A stretch of DNA of 64,000 nt, taken from the NCBI GenBank assembly GCA_963777605.1, contig CAVZRV010000007.1:416001-480000 (forward strand), read 5' to 3'. Every line of letters begins with the position of its first letter. Positions within the stretch are counted from its first letter, which is position 1. This document shows, in pieces, positions 56,151 through 64,000 of this stretch. The DNA comes from an uncultured Acidobacteriota bacterium (lineage in GTDB: Bacteria > Acidobacteriota > UBA6911 > RPQK01 > JAPXNP01). Under the pieces are notes generated by a model. It did no database searches, was not told the origin of the DNA, and saw nothing but the letters and a program-made list of their open reading frames with translations. Position numbers and translations under genes: made by a program.

Positions 56151-57569
56151 ATGAGCGAATCGCAAAACACTACCGGCAAACTTCGCCGCAGGTCTTTCCT
56201 GCTCCAGTCGGGAGCAGCAGTCGGAGGCCTGATGATCGTTCCCCGTTACGTCCTGGGGGGAAAGGGGACGGTTCCACCGAGTGACCGAGTGAATGTTGCG
56301 GTCATCGGAACCGGCGGCCAGGGTATCACCAACAGCAAGGCCCTTTTCGAACACGCTGACTGCAGGATCATCGCGATTGCTGATCCCAATGAAGAGAGCG
56401 ACTACAGCCGCTTCTACTACGGTGGTACGGCGGGCAGGAAACCGGCTCTCGCCCTGATCGAAAGCCACTACGCCAAAGCCGACGCTGCCGCCGGTAAGGG
56501 TCCCCGGTGTCTGCCCTACCTCGATTTCCGCAAGATGCTCGACGAGGTCAAGGAGATCGATGCCGTACTGGTCGCAACCCCCGACCATGTCCACGCGTCC
56601 GCCACGATAACCGCGATGGAACAGGGGAAACACGTCTATTGTGAGAAGCCGCTCGTCCACGACGTCGCGGAAGCCCGTAAGGTGGTCGCTGTCGCCAGGA
56701 GGACTAAGGTCGCAACCCAGATGGGAAACCAGGGACACTCCGGGGACGGCATCCGCCAGACCTGCGAGTGGATTTGGGACGGGGCCATCGGCAAGATTAG
56801 AGAAGTCTACGGGTGGACCGGGGCCAACGGGTGGGCTTCCGGTGGCCGACCCACTGAAACGCCCCCAGTCCCGGCCGGGCTCGACTGGGATCTCTGGCTG
56901 GGCCCCGCCCCCTACCGTCCCTACCACCCGGCCTACGCGCCCTATAACTGGAGAGGCTGGTGGCAGTTCGGCACCGGCGGGATAGGTGACATGGCCTGTC
57001 ACAACCTGGATCCCGCATTCTGGGCTCTGAAACTGGGGCACCCTCTAACCATCGAGGCGATCGATATCGCCAGAAATCCTGAGACCGTCCCGTCTGCATC
57101 AACAGTTCGATATACCTTCCCCGCTCGTGGGGAGTTCCCCTCGGTAAGCGTCACCTGGTACGACGGGGACCGCCTTCCGCCGCGGCCCGAGGGTTTGCCG
57201 GATGACGAGCCTCTTGACGGAAACGGCGTGGTCTTCATCGGGGAAGCTGGAACCATCCTGTGCAAGGGCTGGGGCGGCGCGCCACGGCTGCTGCCCCAGT
57301 CGATGGCCGATTCGTACCAGCCGCCGGCTCCCACCCTGAAGCGCTCGGCGGGGCATCACCGGGATTGGCTGGACGCCTGCAAGGGTGGGCCCGAGCCAAG
57401 CGCAAGCTTCCCTTATTCGGCCCACCTGACCGAGGTCGTGCTGCTCGGAAACGTGGCAGAGAAAGTGCCGGGAAAACTCGAATGGGATGGTGAGGCGATG
57501 CGCTTCAAGAACTCCGAGAGGGCAACCCGCCTGCTTTCCCTCCCACGGAGAAAAGGGTGGGAAATCTGA
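56151..57569 (+). CDS. Gfo/Idh/MocA oxidoreductase, Tat-exported
   Basis: RRRSFL Tat motif, IGTGGQG, ATPDH, YCEKP, WDLWLGPAP, GDMACH. Confidence 0.93.
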   Translation: MSESQNTTGKLRRRSFLLQSGAAVGGLMIVPRYVLGGKGTVPPSDRVNVAVIGTGGQGITNSKALFEHADCRIIAIADPNEESDYSRFYYGGTAGRKPALALIESHYAKADAAAGKGPRCLPYLDFRKMLDEVKEIDAVLVATPDHVHASATITAMEQGKHVYCEKPLVHDVAEARKVVAVARRTKVATQMGNQGHSGDGIRQTCEWIWDGAIGKIREVYGWTGANGWASGGRPTETPPVPAGLDWDLWLGPAPYRPYHPAYAPYNWRGWWQFGTGGIGDMACHNLDPAFWALKLGHPLTIEAIDIARNPETVPSASTVRYTFPARGEFPSVSVTWYDGDRLPPRPEGLPDDEPLDGNGVVFIGEAGTILCKGWGGAPRLLPQSMADSYQPPAPTLKRSAGHHRDWLDACKGGPEPSASFPYSAHLTEVVLLGNVAEKVPGKLEWDGEAMRFKNSERATRLLSLPRRKGWEI

Positions 57570-57627
57570 AGTCAGCCGAACGAGTCCGTTCAGGCCGCTG
57601 ATCATTGTTCCGGCAGGGGAGTTCAGG

Positions 57628-59190
57628 ATGAGATTTCGACGTTTTTGGATGTCATTAGTGCTATTGGTGGCTATCGGGACCGCCCGGGTTGGGGTGGCGG
57701 GAGAACCCAGCGCTGCCCAGCGACAAATTGAAGGTACGCTCCGGTTTCTCGCCGACGATCTGCTCGAGGGCCGCGGTACACCAAGCCGGGGCCTCGACAT
57801 TTCCGGACTCTACCTGTCCGAACACCTGTACGCTTACGGGTGGGAAGGACCGATCAACGGCGGCTACCTGCAGCCCTTCGAAACAGGATCGTTTCTTCCA
57901 TCCCAGGCCAAGTACGACATCAGGATCAACGGGGAGAAATTGAAGAGCGATGAATACTTCTTTCTTCCCTTCTCGCTCGACCCGAGAACAACCCCACTGA
58001 ATTTCCCGATCGTCTTTGCCGGTCACGGAATTTCCGCCCCGGAACGGGGCGTGGATGACTTCGGGAAGATCAACCTGAAGGGGAAGGCCGTCGTCAGCCT
58101 TCAGGGAGCCCCCTGGGAGCTTGATCCGGAAGCTCCCCATTCCTTCGATCGGGTGATCGGCAAGTCCGTTCCTGTCACGGTGCAGGGGGGCAAGTGCCTG
58201 ATCTATGTCAGCGAAGACCTCGTTTCCCGGGATCGGACCAACCCCGGACCTGACGCCGCCTTCATCCGCGAAATGGTCCACGCCCCCTACGCCTTTCTCG
58301 CGGACTCACCCAACGTCGCGACCATGGGGATGGGCCCGGTTCTCGCCATCACCCCCTCCGCCTTCGATCGCGTCCTTTCCGATCCAGCCCAGGGTGACTA
58401 CCAGCATTGGAAAGAATCCCTCTCCAGCGCAGGGTTTTCGGCCCGACAGCTTCCGGCCACCCTTTCAATTTCGGTGCAGGCTGATGTTGAAGTTGCCCCC
58501 GCATCCAACGTCATCGGCATCCGGCGCGGAACGGATCCAGCCCTTCGTAACCAGTGGATCGTGATCAGCGCCCACTACGACCACTTGGGGTTCAAGTCGG
58601 TCCCCAAGGGAGAGGACGGAATCTGGAACGGTGCCGACGACAACGCTTCGGGAACGGCGGCCGTCTTGGAACTGGCTCGTCTGCTCTCCGAGTCTCCGCC
58701 CTTGAAACGAAGCGTTCTGATCCTGTTCACCGCCGGCGAGGACCGGGGAATGCTGGGCTCGGCATATTATGTCAGTCACCCCGTCGTTCCTTTGGACCAG
58801 GTCGTCGCCGACATCAACATCGACATGGTAGGCCGCTCTGACGGCACCCTCACCGCCTACACGGAGGGAGGTCCGGAATTGTTCGAGATGGCGGGTGAAG
58901 CCGGTTCCCGAAACGGACTCCGGGTCACGGCGGACCAGAACCCTTCCTGGCGCGTGCTTTACTTCCTGGACAGCTATCACTTCGCCCGGTTCAACGTCCC
59001 CTTCATCGAACTATTTACCCAGATGCACGCCGACTATCATCAGCCGTCCGACGAGATCCAGTTGATCCACTTTGAGGAGTTGACCCGGATCACTGACATT
59101 GCGTTTGACGTCGTCCAGCGCTTGGGCGACAGTTCCATCAGACCAACCTTTAAGGCGCCGTCCTGGTTCGTCACTCCTGTGTCCGAGTGA
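57628..59190 (+). CDS. M28 family metallopeptidase with PA domain
   Basis: DDLLEGRGT, SAHYDHLG, NGADDNASG, GED, NIDMVGR, DYHQPSD. Confidence 0.92.
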   Translation: MRFRRFWMSLVLLVAIGTARVGVAGEPSAAQRQIEGTLRFLADDLLEGRGTPSRGLDISGLYLSEHLYAYGWEGPINGGYLQPFETGSFLPSQAKYDIRINGEKLKSDEYFFLPFSLDPRTTPLNFPIVFAGHGISAPERGVDDFGKINLKGKAVVSLQGAPWELDPEAPHSFDRVIGKSVPVTVQGGKCLIYVSEDLVSRDRTNPGPDAAFIREMVHAPYAFLADSPNVATMGMGPVLAITPSAFDRVLSDPAQGDYQHWKESLSSAGFSARQLPATLSISVQADVEVAPASNVIGIRRGTDPALRNQWIVISAHYDHLGFKSVPKGEDGIWNGADDNASGTAAVLELARLLSESPPLKRSVLILFTAGEDRGMLGSAYYVSHPVVPLDQVVADINIDMVGRSDGTLTAYTEGGPELFEMAGEAGSRNGLRVTADQNPSWRVLYFLDSYHFARFNVPFIELFTQMHADYHQPSDEIQLIHFEELTRITDIAFDVVQRLGDSSIRPTFKAPSWFVTPVSE

Positions 59191-59223
59191 CGGACCGAGG
59201 CAGTTCCGCTAAGGGAGGATTCC

Positions 59224-60135
59224 ATGGTTATGACGAGAAGGACGTTCCTGGCAGGAGGGTTGGCCCTTCCGCTGAGTGGGCCCTTGCCGAAAGCCGTTCA
59301 GAAAGACCAACCCGCTGGTGTCGCTGGCCGGACCGGCAATCCGCGAATCCGCATCAGCCTGAATGCTTATTCTTTCAACGATGCCCTGCGCAGCGGCCGG
59401 ATGGCTCTCGACCAGCTCCTCGAGTTTTGCGCGAAGCATGAATTCGACGCGGTTGACCTGACCGGATACTACTTCCAGGGATACCCGAAGGATCCGCCGC
59501 CTCAGGAAATTTCCGATGTGAAGCGAAGAGCGTTCGTTCTCGGCCTCGAAATCAGCGGGACCGGGGTCCGAAACGACTTCACTCTCCCCTTCGGACCAGA
59601 ACTGAATGGCGAGATTAACCTGGTCAGGCGCTGGATTCAGGTATCAAGCCGGCTGGGAGCACCCAACCTCCGAGTCTTTGCCGGGAGAAGGGTGGCCGAC
59701 GAAGCCGAGTGGAGATCCGCGCTCGACCGGGTGGCTGAGTCGATGACCGAATGCATCCCAACGGCCGCCCAAACTGGTGTGATGCTCGCCCTTCAGAACC
59801 ATGCCGAATTCATCCGGAGCAGCCGTCAATTGCAGGAACTTCTCGATCGCGTCGATTCGCCCTGGTTTGGCGTCAACCTGGATATCGGGTCCTTTCCTAC
59901 CCCGGATCCTTACGCAGATATCGCGCAGATTGCCCCCCATGCCGTGGCCTGGCAGATCAAGCAGGAAGTCAACCGAAACGATCGCAAGGAACCGGTGGAC
60001 CTCAAGCAGGTCGCGACAATACTCCGCGAGTCACAGTATCGTGGTTATATTCTTCTCGAGACACTGGGCGAAGGCGACCCCAGAGAGAAAGTCCCCCGAT
60101 TTCTTGCGGAGATCCGTGCGGCTCTCGCAGGTTAG
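59224..60135 (+). CDS. Sugar phosphate isomerase/epimerase (xylose isomerase-like TIM barrel), Tat signal
   Basis: TRRTFL, NAYSF, DLTGYYF, LQNH, NLDIG, YRGYILLE. Confidence 0.9.
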   Translation: MVMTRRTFLAGGLALPLSGPLPKAVQKDQPAGVAGRTGNPRIRISLNAYSFNDALRSGRMALDQLLEFCAKHEFDAVDLTGYYFQGYPKDPPPQEISDVKRRAFVLGLEISGTGVRNDFTLPFGPELNGEINLVRRWIQVSSRLGAPNLRVFAGRRVADEAEWRSALDRVAESMTECIPTAAQTGVMLALQNHAEFIRSSRQLQELLDRVDSPWFGVNLDIGSFPTPDPYADIAQIAPHAVAWQIKQEVNRNDRKEPVDLKQVATILRESQYRGYILLETLGEGDPREKVPRFLAEIRAALAG

Positions 60136-60227
60136 CCCGGCACGATTCTGCGGGGCTCGCCCGGAAACACTCGGGGGGGTGCGCTGTACGGATTCAACCA
60201 ATCGCCAGGGAACAGGAGCGAATCGAT

Positions 60228-60473
60228 ATGAAAGGGGAGAACGATCATAAAAAGCGCCAAAACGCCACCGCGCTTTCCGACGACCAGCGCATGGAGTTGA
60301 CAAATATCGCGATTGAAATTCACGCACTTTGTCGGATTTTTGACCATGCCGCCTGCGATAATGACTCCGCACACGAGGAGGCGAGGCACGTCTACCGGGA
60401 TGTCTCGGCCCTTCTTCGGCCCCTTTGCGGCCGACTCGACCGACTGCGGGAGGATATCGCCGGACACCACTGA
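60228..60473 (+). CDS. Small hypothetical protein (81 aa)
   Basis: AGGAG RBS before ATG 60228; fills the gap between co-directional genes. Confidence 0.5.
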   Translation: MKGENDHKKRQNATALSDDQRMELTNIAIEIHALCRIFDHAACDNDSAHEEARHVYRDVSALLRPLCGRLDRLREDIAGHH

Positions 60474-60539
60474 GTTCTGTCCACCTCGGCCTCGACTGAA
60501 CATGTAGCGTTAGGCTGGAGGATTCTATCGGAGCCTGCT

Positions 60540-62108
60540 ATGAAGAGAACAATTTTCGTATTTCTGACGGTAGTCCTGGCCATCGGCAGTCCGGCACTCT
60601 GGGCTGTCGGGTCAACCGAAATCACGTTGGTTCAACCTCCTTGTGGAGTCACGTGGCTGGAGAGCGGACTGCAGGATTCCCTCATGTCCAAGGACTACAT
60701 CGCCGACGTCAACTCCATTGCGGCCGGAACAACGATGGATCCGGACCCGGGTCGGCCCGCTTCCCTCGGCGACATCCCCGGAGACCGGATGGCAATGAAC
60801 CACTGGATCCTCTGGTTCAACGATTACCTGAAAGGAATCGAGTCATACGACTGTCGAGGCTGCGTCAGTCGAATCATCGTCTTCGACAGCTGTTTCGATT
60901 CCAATGGGATCTCTTCGGACGGAAACAACCTTGGAAACCCCTTCTCTCCGGACAAGAACCTGACCAACTACAAGTCGGTCTTCCGCCATCCCAGCGGACC
61001 GGGAAATACCTACCTGTTCAGCGGCAACAAGTACCGGGCACTTGATGACGTGATGGCCGCAAATCCGGACATCCTTTTCGTGGTTGTCACCGCACCTCCA
61101 CTCCACGACAAGGACACCACCGCCACCCAGGCCCGCCGCGCCCGGCAGTTCAACGACTGGCTGCGAAACGACTGGCAGACCTCCTACCGAAACCGCTACC
61201 CCAGATTGAACAATGTGGCCGTATTCGACTGGTACAACCTGTTGGCAAACCCCGCCGATTCTCCCTATCAGCCGAACGTTCTAAAAGCCGCCTTCGGGGG
61301 TGACGCCCTGGGAACGTCCACGCTCAACACAGCGGCGCACATCGCCTCGACCAACAGTTTTTCTGGGGCTCCCGGCAATTTCATCGACTCTGCCTGGAAC
61401 CTGTTCTCGAAAGAAGTGCTGTACTTTGCCCAACTCGGTGTCGGACCGGGCCTCGGTTCGGAACTGGTCCTGACCAATCCCTCCGCCTCCCACCCGCTCG
61501 CCTCTACGATTGAGTTCCTGGGCAACGACGGATCGGCCCTTCAGGTGGCGGTTTCGGTGATCCCGGCCGGCCGCGTGACCGATGCCTCCCCGGGGAAGGT
61601 GTCCGCCGAAATTCCGGGTGGGGGCGGTCTCATCGTCCGGACAAACCCGACGTCCGAATTGCTCAACGGCTCAGCGGTGGTGTCCGCAGATGGTCAACTC
61701 GGAGGGATCATCCGATTCTCGATCGCTGACCGGGGGATTGCCGGAGTCGGCGCAAGCCTTCCGCTGAGTGGGTTCACAGCTCCCATCCGGCGCCAGAGCA
61801 ACGGCATCAACACGGGTATAGCACTGATCAACACGAGCGGACTTCCAGTCAACCTTGAGCTTCAGCTTCTCGACCTCCAGGGTCTACCGGTGGCGGGAGG
61901 AACAAACACGATCTCGGGGATTCCACCGGCAGGGCATCTGGCCCAGTTCATCAACGAACTCCTCCCTGACGCCGACACCTCCGATTTCGAGGGCAGTCTC
62001 ACAGTCCGGGTCATCGGGGGAAAAGTGGCCGCCACCGTCCTGGAACTCGGCACCAGTTCAGGTCAGTTCACGACCCTTCCGGTCATTCCTCTGGACGATA
62101 CCGAGTAG
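60540..62108 (+). CDS. Secreted protein: SGNH-like N-domain plus shared C-terminal module
   Basis: Signal peptide; FVVVTAPPL..ARQFNDWL..NVAVFDWY; C-part YFAQLGVG..INTGIALIN..HLAQFINELLP..FEGS..TTLPV. Confidence 0.82.
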   Translation: MKRTIFVFLTVVLAIGSPALWAVGSTEITLVQPPCGVTWLESGLQDSLMSKDYIADVNSIAAGTTMDPDPGRPASLGDIPGDRMAMNHWILWFNDYLKGIESYDCRGCVSRIIVFDSCFDSNGISSDGNNLGNPFSPDKNLTNYKSVFRHPSGPGNTYLFSGNKYRALDDVMAANPDILFVVVTAPPLHDKDTTATQARRARQFNDWLRNDWQTSYRNRYPRLNNVAVFDWYNLLANPADSPYQPNVLKAAFGGDALGTSTLNTAAHIASTNSFSGAPGNFIDSAWNLFSKEVLYFAQLGVGPGLGSELVLTNPSASHPLASTIEFLGNDGSALQVAVSVIPAGRVTDASPGKVSAEIPGGGGLIVRTNPTSELLNGSAVVSADGQLGGIIRFSIADRGIAGVGASLPLSGFTAPIRRQSNGINTGIALINTSGLPVNLELQLLDLQGLPVAGGTNTISGIPPAGHLAQFINELLPDADTSDFEGSLTVRVIGGKVAATVLELGTSSGQFTTLPVIPLDDTE

Positions 62109-62143
62109 ACCTGAAACTTCATCGTGGAGGCTTCTATTTTCAC

Positions 62144-62209
62144 CGCCAAGGCGCGAAGGTCGCCAGGAATCACATTGTTGAAGGCAAAAGCTTTCTTCGC
62201 GCCTTGGCG
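62144..62209. repeat. REP-like palindrome
   Basis: Perfect 15-bp inverted repeat CGCCAAGGCGCGAAG / CTTCGCGCCTTGGCG. Confidence 0.75.
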
Positions 62210-62605
62210 ACTTCGCGGTTCAAAACAGCCATGGCCAGTTTCACTCTTTGAATGGTCCGGCGCCGCCGGGGGCCCGGCTGACCTGAAACTTCATTTGAAT
62301 GAACTGGAAATCCTGGATGATTTGGACGCGTCTGGATGGGGATTCGAGGCGATCGGTGGAGAGCTCAGAGACGGGTTCTCGGCTGGATCGTCCTGGTTCC
62401 TGGTCCGGTGCCAGACGTGGATGAGTGATGATCACAGGATCGGCGCCGGGCTGGCCCCTGAAGGGGGCCTGTTTCCAGCCCAGGCATTTGCCTGGGTTCA
62501 CGGTCCACCCATCAAGAATCCAGCCCTGAAAGGGCGGCACAGCTCTCCGGACGTGAAGAATCGGCGCGACCTTACAGGCCGCGATCGCCTTGCCGGGACC
62601 ACAGA

Positions 62606-62723
62606 GGGGCTGTTGCAAAACTCCAAAAAGGCCCAACTTAGGTACCACATATAGGGAGGCCGTCCTACTGAACCCAAAATATGGGGTACGTTTTGCAGTC
62701 CAAACGACTTTTGCAACAGCCCC
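62606..62723. mobile_element. 118-bp MITE with IS1182/IS5-like ends
   Basis: Perfect 15-bp TIR GGGGCTGTTGCAAAA / TTTTGCAACAGCCCC; AT-richer interior; no coding capacity. Confidence 0.8.
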
Positions 62724-62975
62724 CTGAAACCAAGGCGCCAGCGCCAGGTCCAGTTTCACTCTCTGAATGATCCGGCGGCGCCGGGGGCCCGACTGACTTG
62801 AAACTTCATTTGAAGCTTGGACCCTGGGTCCATTTGAAACGTGGAATGGCACGGACACAGAGCCGGGGGTAAGGCGAAGCCGCGCCCCCGGGTTCGCGGA
62901 CCCAGTTTCACCTCTTTGAATGGTCCGGCGTACGGCCGGGGCGGGGCTAACCTGAAGCTTCATTTGGGACAATGA

Positions 62976-63010
62976 GTTCCTGGTTCCTGGTTCCTGGTTC
63001 CTGGTTCCTG
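62976..63010. repeat. Perfect heptamer tandem repeat (GTTCCTG)x5
   Basis: Read directly from the sequence. Confidence 0.95.
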
Positions 63011-63368
63011 GAGGGAGAGTAATCCAGGCAGGCCTTGCCGGGTATGGCGGCCGGGCAGCTTGCCCGGCGGAAGTGAACCTTCTCAGTCCAGGATTCTTGA
63101 TTTCCGGTTTGTTCTGAAACAGTCCGCCACCGGGACTGAATCGCACTTTCAATGCTGCATTGCCGTCCCGGCTCCCATTCCCGGGGCGTTGCCGCCGGGC
63201 GCAAATCACCCTGCGCCGTTGGCGCCCTCATCTGGCGATGCTTCACCGGTTTCGCGCTGCGGATGATCTCCGCAGCGCGGAGGGGCCCGGGCTCACCTGG
63301 GGCTTCGGGAGCCGGGTCCCGAAGCCCCGATTTCTCCAGCAGGCTCTCCAGTTCCTCCAGGCCGCAAG

Positions 63369-64000
63369 TCACGGCACCGGAACCGGGGCCGGAGCGGTGA
63401 CCGTCACTTGTGCGGTGACCACTTCCGTAGTGGATGCGTCGGCAGTCCCTTCGAAACCCGGTTGTTTGCCTCCGACCGAAACCAGGAAGTCGCCCGGTTC
63501 GATGACCCGCTTTCCGGCAGCATCAATAACCGCGAAGGCTTCCGGGGCCAGTTCCAGTTCCACACTGCGTGATTCTCCGGGGGCCAACTCAATCCGCTCG
63601 AAGCCCGCCAGCGATCTTAGCGGGACCGGAACCGACGCCTTCTGGTCGGTAACGTACACCTCGACCACCTCTTCCCCCTTCAAGGATCCGGAGTTCCGAA
63701 CCTCAACGGTCACCGTCGCCGGCCCTCCGTTGCCCAGGCGGCCTGGAGATGCCTTCAGGTTTCGGTACTGGAAATGCGTATAGCTCAGTCCGTGCCCAAA
63801 GGGGTAGAGCGGGCTGCCGCTAAAATATCGATAGGTCCTTCCCGCCATGTCGTACTGATCAAACGGGGGCAGGTCGGAGAGCGACCGATACCAGGTGACA
63901 GGAAGCCGTCCGGCGGGGTTGTAGTCGCCGAACAGGACGTCGGCAATTGCGTCTCCACCTGACTGCCCCGGATACCAGGCCGTCAGGATGGCCGGCACGT
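63369..64000 (-). CDS. Glycoside hydrolase family 3, C-terminal part (5'-truncated by window)
   Basis: AWYPGQSGG..DVLFGDYNPAGRLPVTWY, GRTYRY, PFGHGLSYT and an Fn3-like domain. Confidence 0.93.
   Translation of the reverse strand, partial: VPAILTAWYPGQSGGDAIADVLFGDYNPAGRLPVTWYRSLSDLPPFDQYDMAGRTYRYFSGSPLYPFGHGLSYTHFQYRNLKASPGRLGNGGPATVTVEVRNSGSLKGEEVVEVYVTDQKASVPVPLRSLAGFERIELAPGESRSVELELAPEAFAVIDAAGKRVIEPGDFLVSVGGKQPGFEGTADASTTEVVTAQVTVTAPAPVPVP

Larger units (their letters stand above)
62108..62966. repeat. Array of ~65-bp direct repeats with variable spacers
   Basis: Copies at 62235-62299 and 62750-62814 (60/65 identical), 62902-62966 (more diverged) and a 15-bp right half at 62108-62122. 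Confidence 0.88.

Noticed and set aside
55029-57041. 670-aa minus-strand ORF, and similar long ORFs at 21787-23100, 37309-38718 and 48941-50446
   Set aside because: Antisense shadows of well-supported genes, expected in GC-rich DNA; no motifs.
62235-62966. CRISPR array (GTTTCA...TGAAAC resembles CRISPR repeat ends)
   Set aside because: Unit is ~65 bp, spacers are 87-450 bp and irregular, and no cas genes are in the window.
62124-63372. ORFs of 141-322 aa in the repeat region
   Set aside because: They translate through repeats, the MITE and the heptamer tract, with no protein-like features.

Overview
GC-rich bacterial window, most likely Acidobacteriota (inferred from gene style, not shown directly). 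Both ends hold mobile or repeat DNA. The left end is the 3' part of an IS1182-family element (1-1574). The right end has a 1.2-kb intergenic array of ~65-bp repeats with a nested MITE, a REP-like palindrome and heptamer tandems (62108-63010). The IS end and the MITE end abut the same 18-bp sequence. The strongest candidate for an undescribed system is a ~21.5-kb, almost entirely minus-strand lipid locus (3023-24583). It encodes a FadL channel, an SGNH/GDSL protein lacking its catalytic triad, an internally duplicated secreted protein, an SRPBCC protein, a small secreted beta-rich protein, two unknowns, a class I HMG-CoA-reductase homologue with altered HMG-binding residues and no mevalonate genes nearby, FabG, a CrtI-like oxidoreductase, TetR, an SDR-acyltransferase fusion, a UbiB kinase plus pseudokinase around a phasin-like gene, an ArsA-like ATPase pair and a flavin-dependent halogenase. 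The rest includes housekeeping genes (etfBA, modA, rfbD, corA, pfkA, L,D-transpeptidases, sulfatase, M28 peptidase, GH3 fragment), an ACP-dependent acylation cluster (42145-49025), three secreted proteins sharing a C-terminal module, several apparent pseudo-enzymes and three broken reading frames (real or sequencing errors). No rRNA, tRNA or CRISPR array was seen. All calls come from motif reading by eye; no searches were run.
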